A stretch of 64,000 nt of DNA from an uncultured Acidobacteriaceae bacterium (GTDB lineage Bacteria > Acidobacteriota > Terriglobia > Terriglobales > Acidobacteriaceae): positions 106,347 through 170,346 of the forward strand of contig CAVTSJ010000014.1 in NCBI GenBank assembly GCA_963737325.1. The letters are read 5' to 3'. The notes below the pieces were generated by a model. The model was not told the origin of the DNA. It saw nothing but the letters and a program-made list of their open reading frames with translations, and did not search any database. Shown here in pieces: positions 10,222 to 20,036 of the stretch (its first letter is position 1; every line of letters starts with the position of its first letter). A program made the position numbers and the translations under genes.

Positions 10222-12063
10222 TTAGCCGGTCTTCTCGGTGAGCTCGGCCCAGCGTTGGTAGACCGCATCATGCTCGGCTTGCGCGGCCTCCATCTCGGCC
10301 AGCGCTTCCGTCAGCTTAGCGGGATCAGTGACGACATCGGGATCTTCCAGCCGATCATGCGCCGCAGCCATGCGTGCATCGGCTTTGTCGACGCGCTCTT
10401 CGATGCCATCGTACTCGCGCTGCTCCAGGTAGGAGAGCTTCTTCTTGCCGGGCGTTGGTGTCGCGCTGGATGCAGAGGCCCGTTGTGAGCTGTTCGCCGC
10501 AGCCTGCTGATTCGCCACATAGCCCTGCTCAACGCCCTTCCACTCCTCCCACTGCGAGTAATCCGCAAAGACGCGCGCATGCGCGTGGCCATCGAGGCCC
10601 AGCACAATGTTCGACACGCGATCCAGCATGTAGCGATCGTGCGTCACCAGGACGAGCGCGCCCTTGAACTCGAGCAACGCCTCTTCCAAAATTTCGAGCG
10701 TGGGAATGTCGAGATCGTTGGTGGGCTCGTCGAGCATGAGCACATCGGCAGGTTGCAGCATCAGCCGCGCAATCAACACGCGCCCGCGTTCGCCACCGCT
10801 CAGGCGCTCAACGGGCTGGTTGAGCTGGTCGCCCGTGAAGAGAAACTTCGCGGCATAGCTTGCCACATGCACCACGCGGTCCTGGTAGACGACCGCGTCG
10901 GAGTCTGGTGCCAGCGCGCGCCGCAGCGTGAGCGCCGGATCAATCTCACGCAGCTGCGAGAAGTACACGATGCGTAGTCCGTTGGCGCGCTTGATGGTGC
11001 CGCTGGTTGCGGGAATTTCGCCGGACATGGCGCGCAGGATCGTCGTCTTGCCGCTGCCATTGGGGCCGACGAGTCCTAGCTTCATGCCGTTGGTCACATT
11101 GAAATTGACGCCGCCAACGATCTCGCGACCGCCCAGCAAGATGCTGACATCTTCAAACTCGATCAGGCGTTTCGTCTGGCGATCAGTGGCGGCGAACTCG
11201 ATACCAGCCGTCGAGGTACGCGTGCGCGCATCCACATCCGCCAGCTTGCCGATGAGTTCGTGCGCGTTGTCGATGCGCGCCTTCGCCTTGGTGGCACGCG
11301 CCTTTGGGCCGCGGCGCAGCCACTCGATCTCGGTCTTCACACGGTTGCGTAGGCCTTCCTGCATCTTGCTTTGCGCTTCCATGTAAAGTTCGCGGCCCTC
11401 GAGAAATTTCGAGTAGGTACCCCGCACACGCAGCACGCCCTCAGCATAGACGCGGCTCAGCTCGACAACCTCGCTCGCGACGTTCTCGAGGAAGTAACGA
11501 TCGTGCGAAACGACGACGCAGGCAAACCGCGCGCTGCGAAGCACACCCTCAAGCCACTCAATGCCTTCGAGATCAAGATGATTGGTCGGCTCATCGAGCA
11601 GCAGCACATCCGGCTCGGTCACCATAGCTTCGGCAATGGCCAGCCGCTTGCGCCACCCGCCCGACAAACTCGCCGCCTCAGCATCCATCCGGATCGAGGT
11701 GTCGGTCCCATCGTCGGCAAAGCCTGCGCGGCCCAGGGTCTCACGCAACCGCTGCTCGCGCTCGTTGGCGGGAACGCTGGCGCGCTCGAGCGCAGCTTCC
11801 ATCACGCTGCGCACGGTAAGCCCAGCGCCATACTCCGAGATCTGCCGCACATAGCCAATGCGCGCGCGGCGGCGCACGGAGACCTCGCCCGCATCGGGCT
11901 CGACTTCACCCGCGAGCACGGCTAGTAGCGTGGACTTTCCGGCGCCGTTCGGCCCAATCAGGCCGATGCGGTCGCCCTCGTTCACAGCAAAGGATATTTT
12001 TTCGAAGAGTGGCGTCGCCCCAAAGCGTTTCGACACGCCCTGAGCATTCAAAATCGGCGGCAT
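10222..12063 (-). CDS. ABC-F family ATPase (Uup-like)
   Basis: Two ABC domains (GPNGAGKST / GPNGSGKTT, LSGG, LLLDEPTN), no TM segments, KKKLSY C-terminal coiled-coil tail. Confidence 0.92.
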   Translation of the reverse strand: MPPILNAQGVSKRFGATPLFEKISFAVNEGDRIGLIGPNGAGKSTLLAVLAGEVEPDAGEVSVRRRARIGYVRQISEYGAGLTVRSVMEAALERASVPANEREQRLRETLGRAGFADDGTDTSIRMDAEAASLSGGWRKRLAIAEAMVTEPDVLLLDEPTNHLDLEGIEWLEGVLRSARFACVVVSHDRYFLENVASEVVELSRVYAEGVLRVRGTYSKFLEGRELYMEAQSKMQEGLRNRVKTEIEWLRRGPKARATKAKARIDNAHELIGKLADVDARTRTSTAGIEFAATDRQTKRLIEFEDVSILLGGREIVGGVNFNVTNGMKLGLVGPNGSGKTTILRAMSGEIPATSGTIKRANGLRIVYFSQLREIDPALTLRRALAPDSDAVVYQDRVVHVASYAAKFLFTGDQLNQPVERLSGGERGRVLIARLMLQPADVLMLDEPTNDLDIPTLEILEEALLEFKGALVLVTHDRYMLDRVSNIVLGLDGHAHARVFADYSQWEEWKGVEQGYVANQQAAANSSQRASASSATPTPGKKKLSYLEQREYDGIEERVDKADARMAAAHDRLEDPDVVTDPAKLTEALAEMEAAQAEHDAVYQRWAELTEKTG

Positions 12064-12119
12064 GCTTCTAGTTTACCGGTTTGCGATGGATGCGCGGCGG
12101 CGGCAATAGGGGCATGTTT

Positions 12120-12692
12120 TTACTTTGATCCCATCACCGGCTTGTTCGCCCTCAGAAGTGGCGACTCTACGTTATACGCCGCCAGCTTCCAGACTCCGTC
12201 GACATTGTGGAAACAGATCGTTTCCCTTCCTACGCCCTTTTCAAACCTGGTGGAATAGTGGAGGGTCAAGAAGCTTCCCGTCGTTTGCTCCGCGGAATCA
12301 TGGCTATCGATCCGAATCGATGACCGCGGCGCGCCTAGACGCGTCCGGACGTTGTCGAACATGCCGTTGGATGTATCGACGGTGATCGTTTGCCTGTACG
12401 CGTCATCCGCGTTGGCGAAGATACCGGCATCATCCCCACGGCTCATCTCTCGATGCAGCGCGGTTACAGCCTCTTGAGCTCGATGAGACTGCGTGCGCGA
12501 CCATCGCGCGAAGAAAACGAAGCCTGCGACAAATGCCAAACCGAGGACGATTCCGCCAACCCACTTCCACGCGGGTATCGGCTCGAGGACAACCGGCGGC
12601 GGAGGCGGAATGAAGCAGCGCACAGGCCACGCAGCTGCAGGCGCATTCGGAATAGAAGGTTGCTGCTGTGGTCCGGGATTGACTTCGCTCAT
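12120..12692 (-). CDS. Membrane-anchored hypothetical protein (DUF4019-like C-terminus)
   Basis: Pro-rich N-terminus, one TM helix, YSTRFEKG--RETICF--WKLAAY tail. Confidence 0.55.
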   Translation of the reverse strand: MSEVNPGPQQQPSIPNAPAAAWPVRCFIPPPPPVVLEPIPAWKWVGGIVLGLAFVAGFVFFARWSRTQSHRAQEAVTALHREMSRGDDAGIFANADDAYRQTITVDTSNGMFDNVRTRLGAPRSSIRIDSHDSAEQTTGSFLTLHYSTRFEKGVGRETICFHNVDGVWKLAAYNVESPLLRANKPVMGSK

Positions 12693-12736
12693 TCGTACTC
12701 TCGTGGCGTCACTGAACTTCGCCGTCCGCGAAGAGT

Positions 12737-13045
12737 CTAATCCAGATCGAAGTCGCGCAGAGGCTTGCCTGTGTTCGGCGACTCTTTCGCTTTCTTCACG
12801 GCTTCAGCAAACTTCTTCGCCATCACGTCGTCCTTATTTTTTTCCGCCTGCACCGATTGCGCAAAGATCGACTCGCGCCGCGCGTCCTGCTCTTTCAATG
12901 CTTTCGCGGCAGCGCCGAAGTCCTCAAAGGTCTTCTTGCGCGGCGCCGGCGTATGCCCAATCACCGAGCGGCTAACCGGGTCCACCTTCAACATCCCGCC
13001 GCAGTCCGGACACATTACCTCAAATGGCTGGTCGCTCAATCCCAT
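12737..13045 (-). CDS. Hypothetical protein with CPDC motif and charged helical tail
   Basis: 102 aa from ATG 13045; protein-like composition, co-oriented with neighbours. Confidence 0.65.
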   Translation of the reverse strand: MGLSDQPFEVMCPDCGGMLKVDPVSRSVIGHTPAPRKKTFEDFGAAAKALKEQDARRESIFAQSVQAEKNKDDVMAKKFAEAVKKAKESPNTGKPLRDFDLD

Positions 13046-13091
13046 AACAAACCTCGACTGGAACAGCCTCCGGCACTCGTCGGAAACCGCT

Positions 13092-13337
13092 CTACCGATT
13101 GTACGGCGGCGGCGGCACATACCTGTAGACGAAGCGAGGAGTGTCGTTCATCGCCCATACCAGGGCGAGCACCCAGCCAATCAACGTCCAGCCAAAGAAA
13201 AGATTCAGCAGGAAAATCCACCAGAAATTCTCAACGTGGCGGGATCCCGCGACGAAGGTTGGGAGGAAGTGGATGAAGAACGCGAAGACGCCGATCAGGA
13301 CCAACACCAGGATTGGTAATCCCAAAAGAAAGGTCAT
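13092..13337 (-). CDS. Superinfection-immunity (T4 Imm-like) domain membrane protein
   Basis: 81 aa; FLPTFVA--R, IFLLNLFFGWTLIGWVLALVWA signature. Confidence 0.85.
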   Translation of the reverse strand: MTFLLGLPILVLVLIGVFAFFIHFLPTFVAGSRHVENFWWIFLLNLFFGWTLIGWVLALVWAMNDTPRFVYRYVPPPPYNR

Positions 13338-13378
13338 GCCCGAAAGTATCGCGCAGCTGGCCACTAAATGTATAGAGA

Positions 13379-15040
13379 TCAGAGGTATACAACCCGATGC
13401 CCCGGGCATTCCTGAGCAGCATGGTCGACCAGCAGGGAAGGCAGCGCGTCCCCGTACCGGGCCAGAAACCATACGCCGCCGAGCAGGCGCTCCTGCGGGT
13501 GGCCGTCAGGGTACAGGCTCAGCATGATGGCCGCCGCGTGCTTGTACAGCGACGCCTGCCTCTGCAGCTCGAAGTTCGCAGCCATGCGGCGCAGTCGGTC
13601 CATCTGGTAGCGCATCTTGCTCGCAGAAACGCCGGCGGCGCGGCCCAGGTCGGCACTCATCGCCGTCATGTACTCGGTAAGCGCCGTGAGCTCGGCGTCC
13701 ATCGCGTTTCCAACCGCAGCGATCTTACGTTTGCCTTCAATCGGCATCGCGCGCGCGCCCAGGCGAAGGGCCAGATTTTCGACCGTCTTCGCCTCGAGCA
13801 CCTCAGGAAACTGCACTTCGTGCGCGGCCATCGTGGACGCAATTGCCGGCTCCACCAGCGTGGCCATCAGCCGCGGCAGCACCGGCGTTACGCGACCGAG
13901 GATGCGGCTGTACAGCACCTCCGACTGCGCAAAGTAGGCAATCTCTGCAGGGCCGCCAACGTAGGCTGCCGTCGGCAGAATCGCATCCTGGAAGACAGGG
14001 CGCAGCAGCGCGTTGGGGCTCAGGCGCTCCGGCTCGACAGCAAGAATCTGCAGCAGCTCCGCGGTGGTGTAGACGCGCGCGCCGGCCTTCCACTCGCCGT
14101 CTGCTGTGCGGCGCAACGGCAGGCGGGCGCCGGTTTCCGCGTCGATCAGGAACAGCAGCGAATGATCGGCGGTGACCAGCACCTGCGCGTGATAGCCAGC
14201 GGCCTCGAGATCCTGCGAGCGCACCAGCAGCGCGTCTTCGAGTTCGTCAGCTCGCTCCAGCGCAGCCTGCAAAACACTTGCGCCCATGGCGTGGAACTCG
14301 CGCGATGCTGCGTCCATGACGATCAATCCGTATTTCGCAAAAATCCTGGTGATAAGTCGGCCAAATGCCGAGGCAAGCGTTGCGCCGGGGGTGTAGCACT
14401 CGCGCAGCACGTTGCTGATGGGCGCCCAGGCAAGCAGCTCGCTGGCACGGTCCAGCGTGGCCTCCAGGTGCCGCAGGCCTTCATCGCTGCCGCCCGCGTC
14501 CTTGCTGCCGACGAGGGGCAGCGTGCCCACCGGCACCGGACGCGCCGCCTTCAGCCCCAGGCTCAGGGTTTCGACGCTGGTCTTGGACAGCAGCGCAACC
14601 TGGTCCACCTCGGCCAGGTCGTGGTCCTCGCTGGCCAGCCAGAAGATGGGGACGTGCTCGCGGCCGCTGGCTTTGGTGGCGTCCTGCGCCTTGCGAATCG
14701 CAGTCGCGGCCTTGAGTAGCGTCAGCAGCGGCCCTCCGAACAAGACAACCTGCTGGCCGGTTACAACGGCGGCGGCGCCCTGCTTCAGGCGCTCGATATT
14801 TGCGAAGACCGTCTCGCCTGCACCAAAATTCTCCGCCTGGCCCCCCAGCGCCTCCGCAAGCCGAACACGCTGCCCTTCCTCCAACACCGGCGAACCCTTA
14901 GCCCAGTCCATGGAAAACGGATTCGCCGGATACCAGCGCCGCAAGGCCGCCTGCTCCGGCCCCGCCGCCGTCTCCGCGAAGTCGCGAAACAGCGCCGTCG
15001 AGCCGGGCAGCGTCGAGATGGGGTAACACTGGGAGTCCAT
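13379..15040 (-). CDS. bshC: Bacillithiol biosynthesis cysteine-adding enzyme BshC
   Basis: VVTGQQ--LFGGPL, FWLASEDHD--EV, SPNALLRP--QD-ILPT-AYVGGPAEIAY-AQ, PQER. Confidence 0.93.
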   Translation of the reverse strand: MDSQCYPISTLPGSTALFRDFAETAAGPEQAALRRWYPANPFSMDWAKGSPVLEEGQRVRLAEALGGQAENFGAGETVFANIERLKQGAAAVVTGQQVVLFGGPLLTLLKAATAIRKAQDATKASGREHVPIFWLASEDHDLAEVDQVALLSKTSVETLSLGLKAARPVPVGTLPLVGSKDAGGSDEGLRHLEATLDRASELLAWAPISNVLRECYTPGATLASAFGRLITRIFAKYGLIVMDAASREFHAMGASVLQAALERADELEDALLVRSQDLEAAGYHAQVLVTADHSLLFLIDAETGARLPLRRTADGEWKAGARVYTTAELLQILAVEPERLSPNALLRPVFQDAILPTAAYVGGPAEIAYFAQSEVLYSRILGRVTPVLPRLMATLVEPAIASTMAAHEVQFPEVLEAKTVENLALRLGARAMPIEGKRKIAAVGNAMDAELTALTEYMTAMSADLGRAAGVSASKMRYQMDRLRRMAANFELQRQASLYKHAAAIMLSLYPDGHPQERLLGGVWFLARYGDALPSLLVDHAAQECPGHRVVYL

Positions 15041-15157
15041 GCAGGTTTAGTCTCTCACCCTGAGACTCTTTGGATGCTCGAGCCGCACCGCCGATGCAGC
15101 AAATCCTTGGGTCGCCCGTGGATGCATCGGGCCGCGCCGGTCGTGTACTGTACGGTC

Positions 15158-15886
15158 ATGGGAACCAAGAAGACCTCTGCCTCCAAAAAGCCTAAGACCA
15201 GCTCGCCCTCCCCTGCAAAATCCAGCGCCGCAAAGAAGAGTTCCGAGAAGACGTCCGCAAAAGGCTCCCCGGAGGCGCCCGCCGCCATCATGCCGAAGCC
15301 TCTCAAGCTTACGGGACGCGGCAAGACGGTCTCGTCCAAGACGGTCTACCAGGGCAACGTCTTCTGGGTGACGCGGGACGAGGTGGAGGAGCCGGGCGGC
15401 GTGAAGGCCACCCGCGACGTCATCCGCCACAATGGATCCGTAGTGGTGCTCGCCGTCGATAGGGAGACGAACCCGAAGGACCCCGGCATCCTGTTGATCC
15501 GGCAGTATCGCCACGCCGCCGGCAAGCTAATGTTGGAGCTGCCCGCCGGCCGCATTGAGCCTGGCGAGAAGCTGATCTCCGCTGGCAAGCGCGAGCTCAT
15601 CGAGGAGACCGGCTACCGCGCGAAACGCTGGTCACACCACTGCAACTACTATGCCAGCCCGGGCTTCCTCACCGAGACGATGACCATCCTGCTGGCCGAA
15701 GGCCTTACCCAGGGCCAGGCCGCGCCCGAGGACGACGAGAAGATCGAGTTGCACATGACGCCACTGTCTGAGGTCCTGCGCCTCATCCGCGCGGGCAAGA
15801 TCGAAGACGGGAAAACCCTGATTGGCGTGCTGATATATGACGATCTGTGGCGCTCCAAGTCATCGAAAGGCCGAGGAAGCCTGTAA
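15158..15886 (+). CDS. NUDIX hydrolase (ADP-ribose pyrophosphatase-like) with basic N-terminal extension
   Basis: IRQYRH, ELPAG--EPGE----GKRELIEETGY Nudix box, SPGF, IEDGKT. Confidence 0.9.
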   Translation: MGTKKTSASKKPKTSSPSPAKSSAAKKSSEKTSAKGSPEAPAAIMPKPLKLTGRGKTVSSKTVYQGNVFWVTRDEVEEPGGVKATRDVIRHNGSVVVLAVDRETNPKDPGILLIRQYRHAAGKLMLELPAGRIEPGEKLISAGKRELIEETGYRAKRWSHHCNYYASPGFLTETMTILLAEGLTQGQAAPEDDEKIELHMTPLSEVLRLIRAGKIEDGKTLIGVLIYDDLWRSKSSKGRGSL

Positions 15887-16060
15887 GTCCTTTGGCACTG
15901 CCCTCTTCCCTGTCTGACAGCCAACGTAACAAAAAATGTTCGAATCGGTCCGAATTCCACCATTCGAGCAATTGTTCAGGCCGCCTCTGCGCTCCCGATT
16001 GCGTCTTACTCCTATACTTCCGGCCACGCGGAAGGCAATCTCGAGAATGGTAAGGGACCC

Positions 16061-16276
16061 ATGGCACAGTACAAAGGCACGGTAAAGTGGTTCAACAACG
16101 CAAAAGGCTACGGATTTCTGGGGCGTGAGGATGGCCCCGATGTCTTCGTACATTACAGTTCGATCAAGCTGGAGGGCTACAAGACGCTAAAAGAGGGCGA
16201 CGAGGTGGAGTTCGACGTGATTCAGGGGACCAAGGGCCCGCAGGCGGATCAGGTCACGCGGACGAAGTCGATGTAG
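16061..16276 (+). CDS. Cold-shock protein
   Basis: KGTVKWFNNAKGYGF, DVFVHYS, GPQA. Confidence 0.96.
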   Translation: MAQYKGTVKWFNNAKGYGFLGREDGPDVFVHYSSIKLEGYKTLKEGDEVEFDVIQGTKGPQADQVTRTKSM

Positions 16277-16370
16277 CGCTCTATGGCTACGCTTCGCAGC
16301 TGACAATCTGCAACTTACAATCGAAGTGTTCCGGGCCGCGTTGTAAGTCGCGCCCGGACTTCGAACTTTT

Positions 16371-18206
16371 ATGGACAACATTACCCTCGCACGCCTGCTC
16401 GATGAAACAGCTTCCTTGCTGGAGATCGACGCAGCTGACCCTTTCCGCATCCGGTCCTACCGTCGCGCCGCGGAAGCGGTCGAACAGCAAACCACGCAGC
16501 TTGCGACCCTTGCAGCGGCCGACGCAGATCCCAAGGCCCTCCTCGCAATTCCCGGAATCGGCAAAGGCATGGCGGCCAATATCCGCGACCTCGTCGCCAC
16601 GGGAACGATGCCTCTGCGCGAAGATCTGCTGCAGCGCTACAAGCCAACCATGCTCGAGCTGCTGCGCCTCCCGGGCATGGGCCCGAAGACCGTCGCGTTG
16701 GTCTATTCCGCCCTCGGCGTGCACGACATCGACAGCCTGGAAGAAGCCGCCAAGCGCGGCGACCTGCTGCCCCTGCCGCGCATGGGTCAGAAGTTTACCG
16801 ACAAACTGCTCAAAGGCATCGAGGACTATCGCAAGAACTCCTCCCGCTTTCGCATCGACGTGGCGCGCCAGCACGCGGAGCGCATCAGCGAACTCATTCG
16901 ACTCTTCCCCGGAATCGAAACGATCACGCCAGCCGGCTCGCTGCGACGCGGTCGCGAAACCGTCGGCGATCTTGATCTGCTGGTCACCGGCCCAGCCTGC
17001 GAACCGGACGTAGTGGCCGCAGCCGTCGAGCACGTAGCCACCCTCCCCCTCATCGACAAACTCCTCGCCCGCGGACAAAACAAAGTCAGCTTCACCCTGC
17101 GCAACAACCTGCAGGTCGACGTGCGGCTGCTGCCGCGCGCCAGCTACGGCGCCGCGCTGCAATACTTCACGGGCTCTAAGATGCATAACGTCGCGCTGCG
17201 CCAGCGCGCCATCAAGCGCGGCCTCACACTCAGCGAGTACGCCCTTCTTCGCCTGGAAGACAATGTCGTTGTGGCGGCAGCTACCGAGCAGGAGATCTAC
17301 AACGCCCTCGACCTCGACTACATTCCACCCGAACTCCGCGAGAACTGCGGCGAGCTCGAAGCCGCCGCCAAACACACGTTGCCGCACCTCATCGTCCGTG
17401 GCGACATTCGCGGCGACCTGCACATGCACACCACCGAATCCGACGGCAGCAACTCGATCCGCGAGATGGCCGAAGCTGCAATCGATCGCGGACTCGAGTA
17501 CATCGCCATCACCGACCACTCCAAGAATCTCGCCATGACCAATGGCATGGACGACACGCGTGCCCTGGCCCATGCGCGCCGCATCCGCCAGGTCTCCGCC
17601 GAGCTCGCCGAGGAGTTTGCCGCCGGCCGCGGCCCCCAGTGGCAGCGCTACGAAGCTCGCCTGCAGAACAACGAGCCAGATGTGACCAAGCCCTCAATTC
17701 CCTTCCGCATTCTTGCAGGCGTCGAAGTCGATATCCTGCTCGACGGCTCGCTCGATCTAACCGACGAGACCCTCGCGCAGCTCGACATCGTAGTTGCGAG
17801 CGTTCACTCCGGATTCAACCAAACCCCGGAAGAAGTCACCGCGCGCGTGCTGCGTGCCGCCGGAAATCCGCACGTGCATATCCTCGGCCACCCCACCGGC
17901 CGCAAAGTACTGCAGCGCGAGGGCTACAAGATTGACCTCGCCCAACTGCTCCCCGCCGCCGCCCACCTCGGCGTCGCCGTCGAACATAATGCGTCACCAG
18001 CACGCGCAGACCTGAACGATCTCAACCTCCGCCACGCCAAAGAGCAGGGCTGCAAGATCGTGGCGAATACGGACGCCCACACCACCGACGAACTCGACCA
18101 GATCGACCACGGCATTGTGCAGCTGCGCCGAGCCTGGCTGAGCTCCGCCGACGTGCTCAATACACGTCCAGTTGAAGAATTGCTGGCGAATCTGCAGCGA
18201 ACGTAA
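16371..18206 (+). CDS. polX: DNA polymerase X with C-terminal PHP domain
   Basis: AGSLRR, GDLDLL, QVDVR, YFTGSK; PHP motifs HMHT, TDHS, GHPTGR, NTDAH. Confidence 0.94.
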   Translation: MDNITLARLLDETASLLEIDAADPFRIRSYRRAAEAVEQQTTQLATLAAADADPKALLAIPGIGKGMAANIRDLVATGTMPLREDLLQRYKPTMLELLRLPGMGPKTVALVYSALGVHDIDSLEEAAKRGDLLPLPRMGQKFTDKLLKGIEDYRKNSSRFRIDVARQHAERISELIRLFPGIETITPAGSLRRGRETVGDLDLLVTGPACEPDVVAAAVEHVATLPLIDKLLARGQNKVSFTLRNNLQVDVRLLPRASYGAALQYFTGSKMHNVALRQRAIKRGLTLSEYALLRLEDNVVVAAATEQEIYNALDLDYIPPELRENCGELEAAAKHTLPHLIVRGDIRGDLHMHTTESDGSNSIREMAEAAIDRGLEYIAITDHSKNLAMTNGMDDTRALAHARRIRQVSAELAEEFAAGRGPQWQRYEARLQNNEPDVTKPSIPFRILAGVEVDILLDGSLDLTDETLAQLDIVVASVHSGFNQTPEEVTARVLRAAGNPHVHILGHPTGRKVLQREGYKIDLAQLLPAAAHLGVAVEHNASPARADLNDLNLRHAKEQGCKIVANTDAHTTDELDQIDHGIVQLRRAWLSSADVLNTRPVEELLANLQRT

Positions 18207-18249
18207 GCAAATCACAGCGCCGACCCCGTCGTCGCACTATTGTGAGGGA

Positions 18250-18864
18250 ATGATGCTCCAATCTCAGGAACCCATCGTTGAGCAAGATCTCCAGATCGCC
18301 CCGCCGCCCGATCCCAACCCCATCATCCCCAAACTCATCATTGCCGGGGTTGTGATGATCATCGTTGTCGTCGCCGTCTACATGCTCAACCCCCGCAAAA
18401 CCGCGGTGATCACCGTGGTGAAGACGGACGTCTTCGCTCCCCACACCGAGTTCACGCAGATGCCCAGCGGCAGTCAGGTCATCGGCGCGCCCGCACAGTC
18501 TGAAGACAATGTCTACGTCGTCGCCACCGTGAGCATCACCGACAAGCTCCGCCTGCCCATCTTTCTCGACAGCGTCTCCGCGACCATGACTTCGGACACT
18601 GGCTCGCTCCAGGCCACCAATGTCTCTGCATTTGATATCCCACGCCTCGAACAGACCTTCCCGCAGCTCACCCCGATGGTAAGCCCGCCCGCAGCGCCTC
18701 CGCTGCGCTTCGAAGATGCCGTATCGCCCGGAGCCACGCGCGTCGGCACCATCGTATTCTTGTTCCCGCGGACAACCGCGGCAGCCTGGGCCGCGAAAAA
18801 ATCAGCCACGCTCACGGTCTATTTCGCACACGACGCAGCCCCCATCCAGGTGCCTATCCCCTAG
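18250..18864 (+). CDS. Membrane-anchored hypothetical protein
   Basis: One TM helix followed by a beta-rich, probably periplasmic domain. Confidence 0.6.
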   Translation: MMLQSQEPIVEQDLQIAPPPDPNPIIPKLIIAGVVMIIVVVAVYMLNPRKTAVITVVKTDVFAPHTEFTQMPSGSQVIGAPAQSEDNVYVVATVSITDKLRLPIFLDSVSATMTSDTGSLQATNVSAFDIPRLEQTFPQLTPMVSPPAAPPLRFEDAVSPGATRVGTIVFLFPRTTAAAWAAKKSATLTVYFAHDAAPIQVPIP

Positions 18865-18932
18865 CCAGCAAAACAATGGGGCTGCACAGTATCTGTGCAG
18901 CCCCTCAAAACCAGACGTCTTCGGTCCCGCTA

Positions 18933-19808
18933 CTACCGGCCGGCGCTGGGCGCAGGCATCGGCTCGGGCGAACTCTTCGGCGTGCTGAGATATCCCGAAA
19001 CCGACCTCTTGCCAATGTTGTTTACAACGATCTCAAACAGCGCCGGCGTCTTGCCTGAGTAGAACTGGATCGGCTCGTCCAGCGTCCGGTCCTTCTTCTC
19101 GATGTTCCGGTCATCTGAGCTCACCACCAGCGTGAACTTGGAGCGCTTCATGTCGACCTTCTTCAGATCGATCTTGATGGTCCCAACGTTCTTCGCGCCC
19201 GCTCCCTTATCGAGCGTGAATTCGTAATAGTTGCGGTCGCCCCTGTGCTTCAGCTCTTCCAGCTCCGTGTGATTGGTTGCGATCAGGCCGCTCATCACGC
19301 CGGCATCGCCCATCACGCGGTTCAGCTGGGTCTTGGTCGCGTCGAGATCTGCCTTGGTGCTGGCAACGTCGGTCTTCACGCCGCCAACGTCCGTCTTCAC
19401 ACTCGAAACATCGCTCTGCACCGCGCCTACCTGCTGCTCGGTCGCCTTCTGTTCCTTGGCCAGGCGGGCTGTCTGGACTCGGTCGCGCTGCTCGGTCGCG
19501 ACCAGTTCATCTGATTTGTCCTGGAGCTGCTTCTGGGTCAGGCCAACGCTTTGAGCCAGCGCCTGGCCCTGTGCCTTCATGCGCTCATTGGTGTCATCAA
19601 TTTTTTCCGATAGCGCTGCGTTCTGCGCGGTCGCTGCAGAAAGCTTCGACTCCGCATCCGTTAGATGGCTTTGCAGCCCAAAACTCCAGGCCAGGCCACC
19701 CAAGGCGACGATCAACGCCGCTACTGCGACACCTACCAGCCACGTTGCCGGCTTATGCTCCACGTACGTATCATGGGTTGTGCTGTCATTGTCATCTAAT
19801 AGGCTCAT
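18933..19808 (-). CDS. Membrane-anchored coiled-coil hypothetical protein
   Basis: TM helix, long heptad stalk, beta-rich C-terminal domain (NYYEFTL...EPIQFY). Confidence 0.75.
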   Translation of the reverse strand: MSLLDDNDSTTHDTYVEHKPATWLVGVAVAALIVALGGLAWSFGLQSHLTDAESKLSAATAQNAALSEKIDDTNERMKAQGQALAQSVGLTQKQLQDKSDELVATEQRDRVQTARLAKEQKATEQQVGAVQSDVSSVKTDVGGVKTDVASTKADLDATKTQLNRVMGDAGVMSGLIATNHTELEELKHRGDRNYYEFTLDKGAGAKNVGTIKIDLKKVDMKRSKFTLVVSSDDRNIEKKDRTLDEPIQFYSGKTPALFEIVVNNIGKRSVSGYLSTPKSSPEPMPAPSAGR

Positions 19809-20036
19809 TCGTTGACTTCCTCCTTGCAGGCGTGCCCTTCGAGCATAATTTGACTCTGAGCTTGACCTGAACGATAAGATGCAGATTCCGCTCGCGCGTG
19901 GACGTAAAAAAGCCGTCAAACGCGAGGGGTGTTCTTGATTGTACGTTCCCGTCGCACACATCTGGACGCATCGCCCAACGATGTATCGATTCCCGCAACT
20001 CCGGCGCGCCGAGCGACTGGATGGATAATGTTGAAG

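Noticed and set aside
13379-15040. bshC outside Firmicutes as a novelty
   Set aside because: Bacillithiol-type genes are already known in several non-Firmicute phyla.
16371-18206. PolX-PHP as part of a defence or repair island
   Set aside because: Ordinary architecture with intact motifs and no associated ligase, Ku or nuclease genes.
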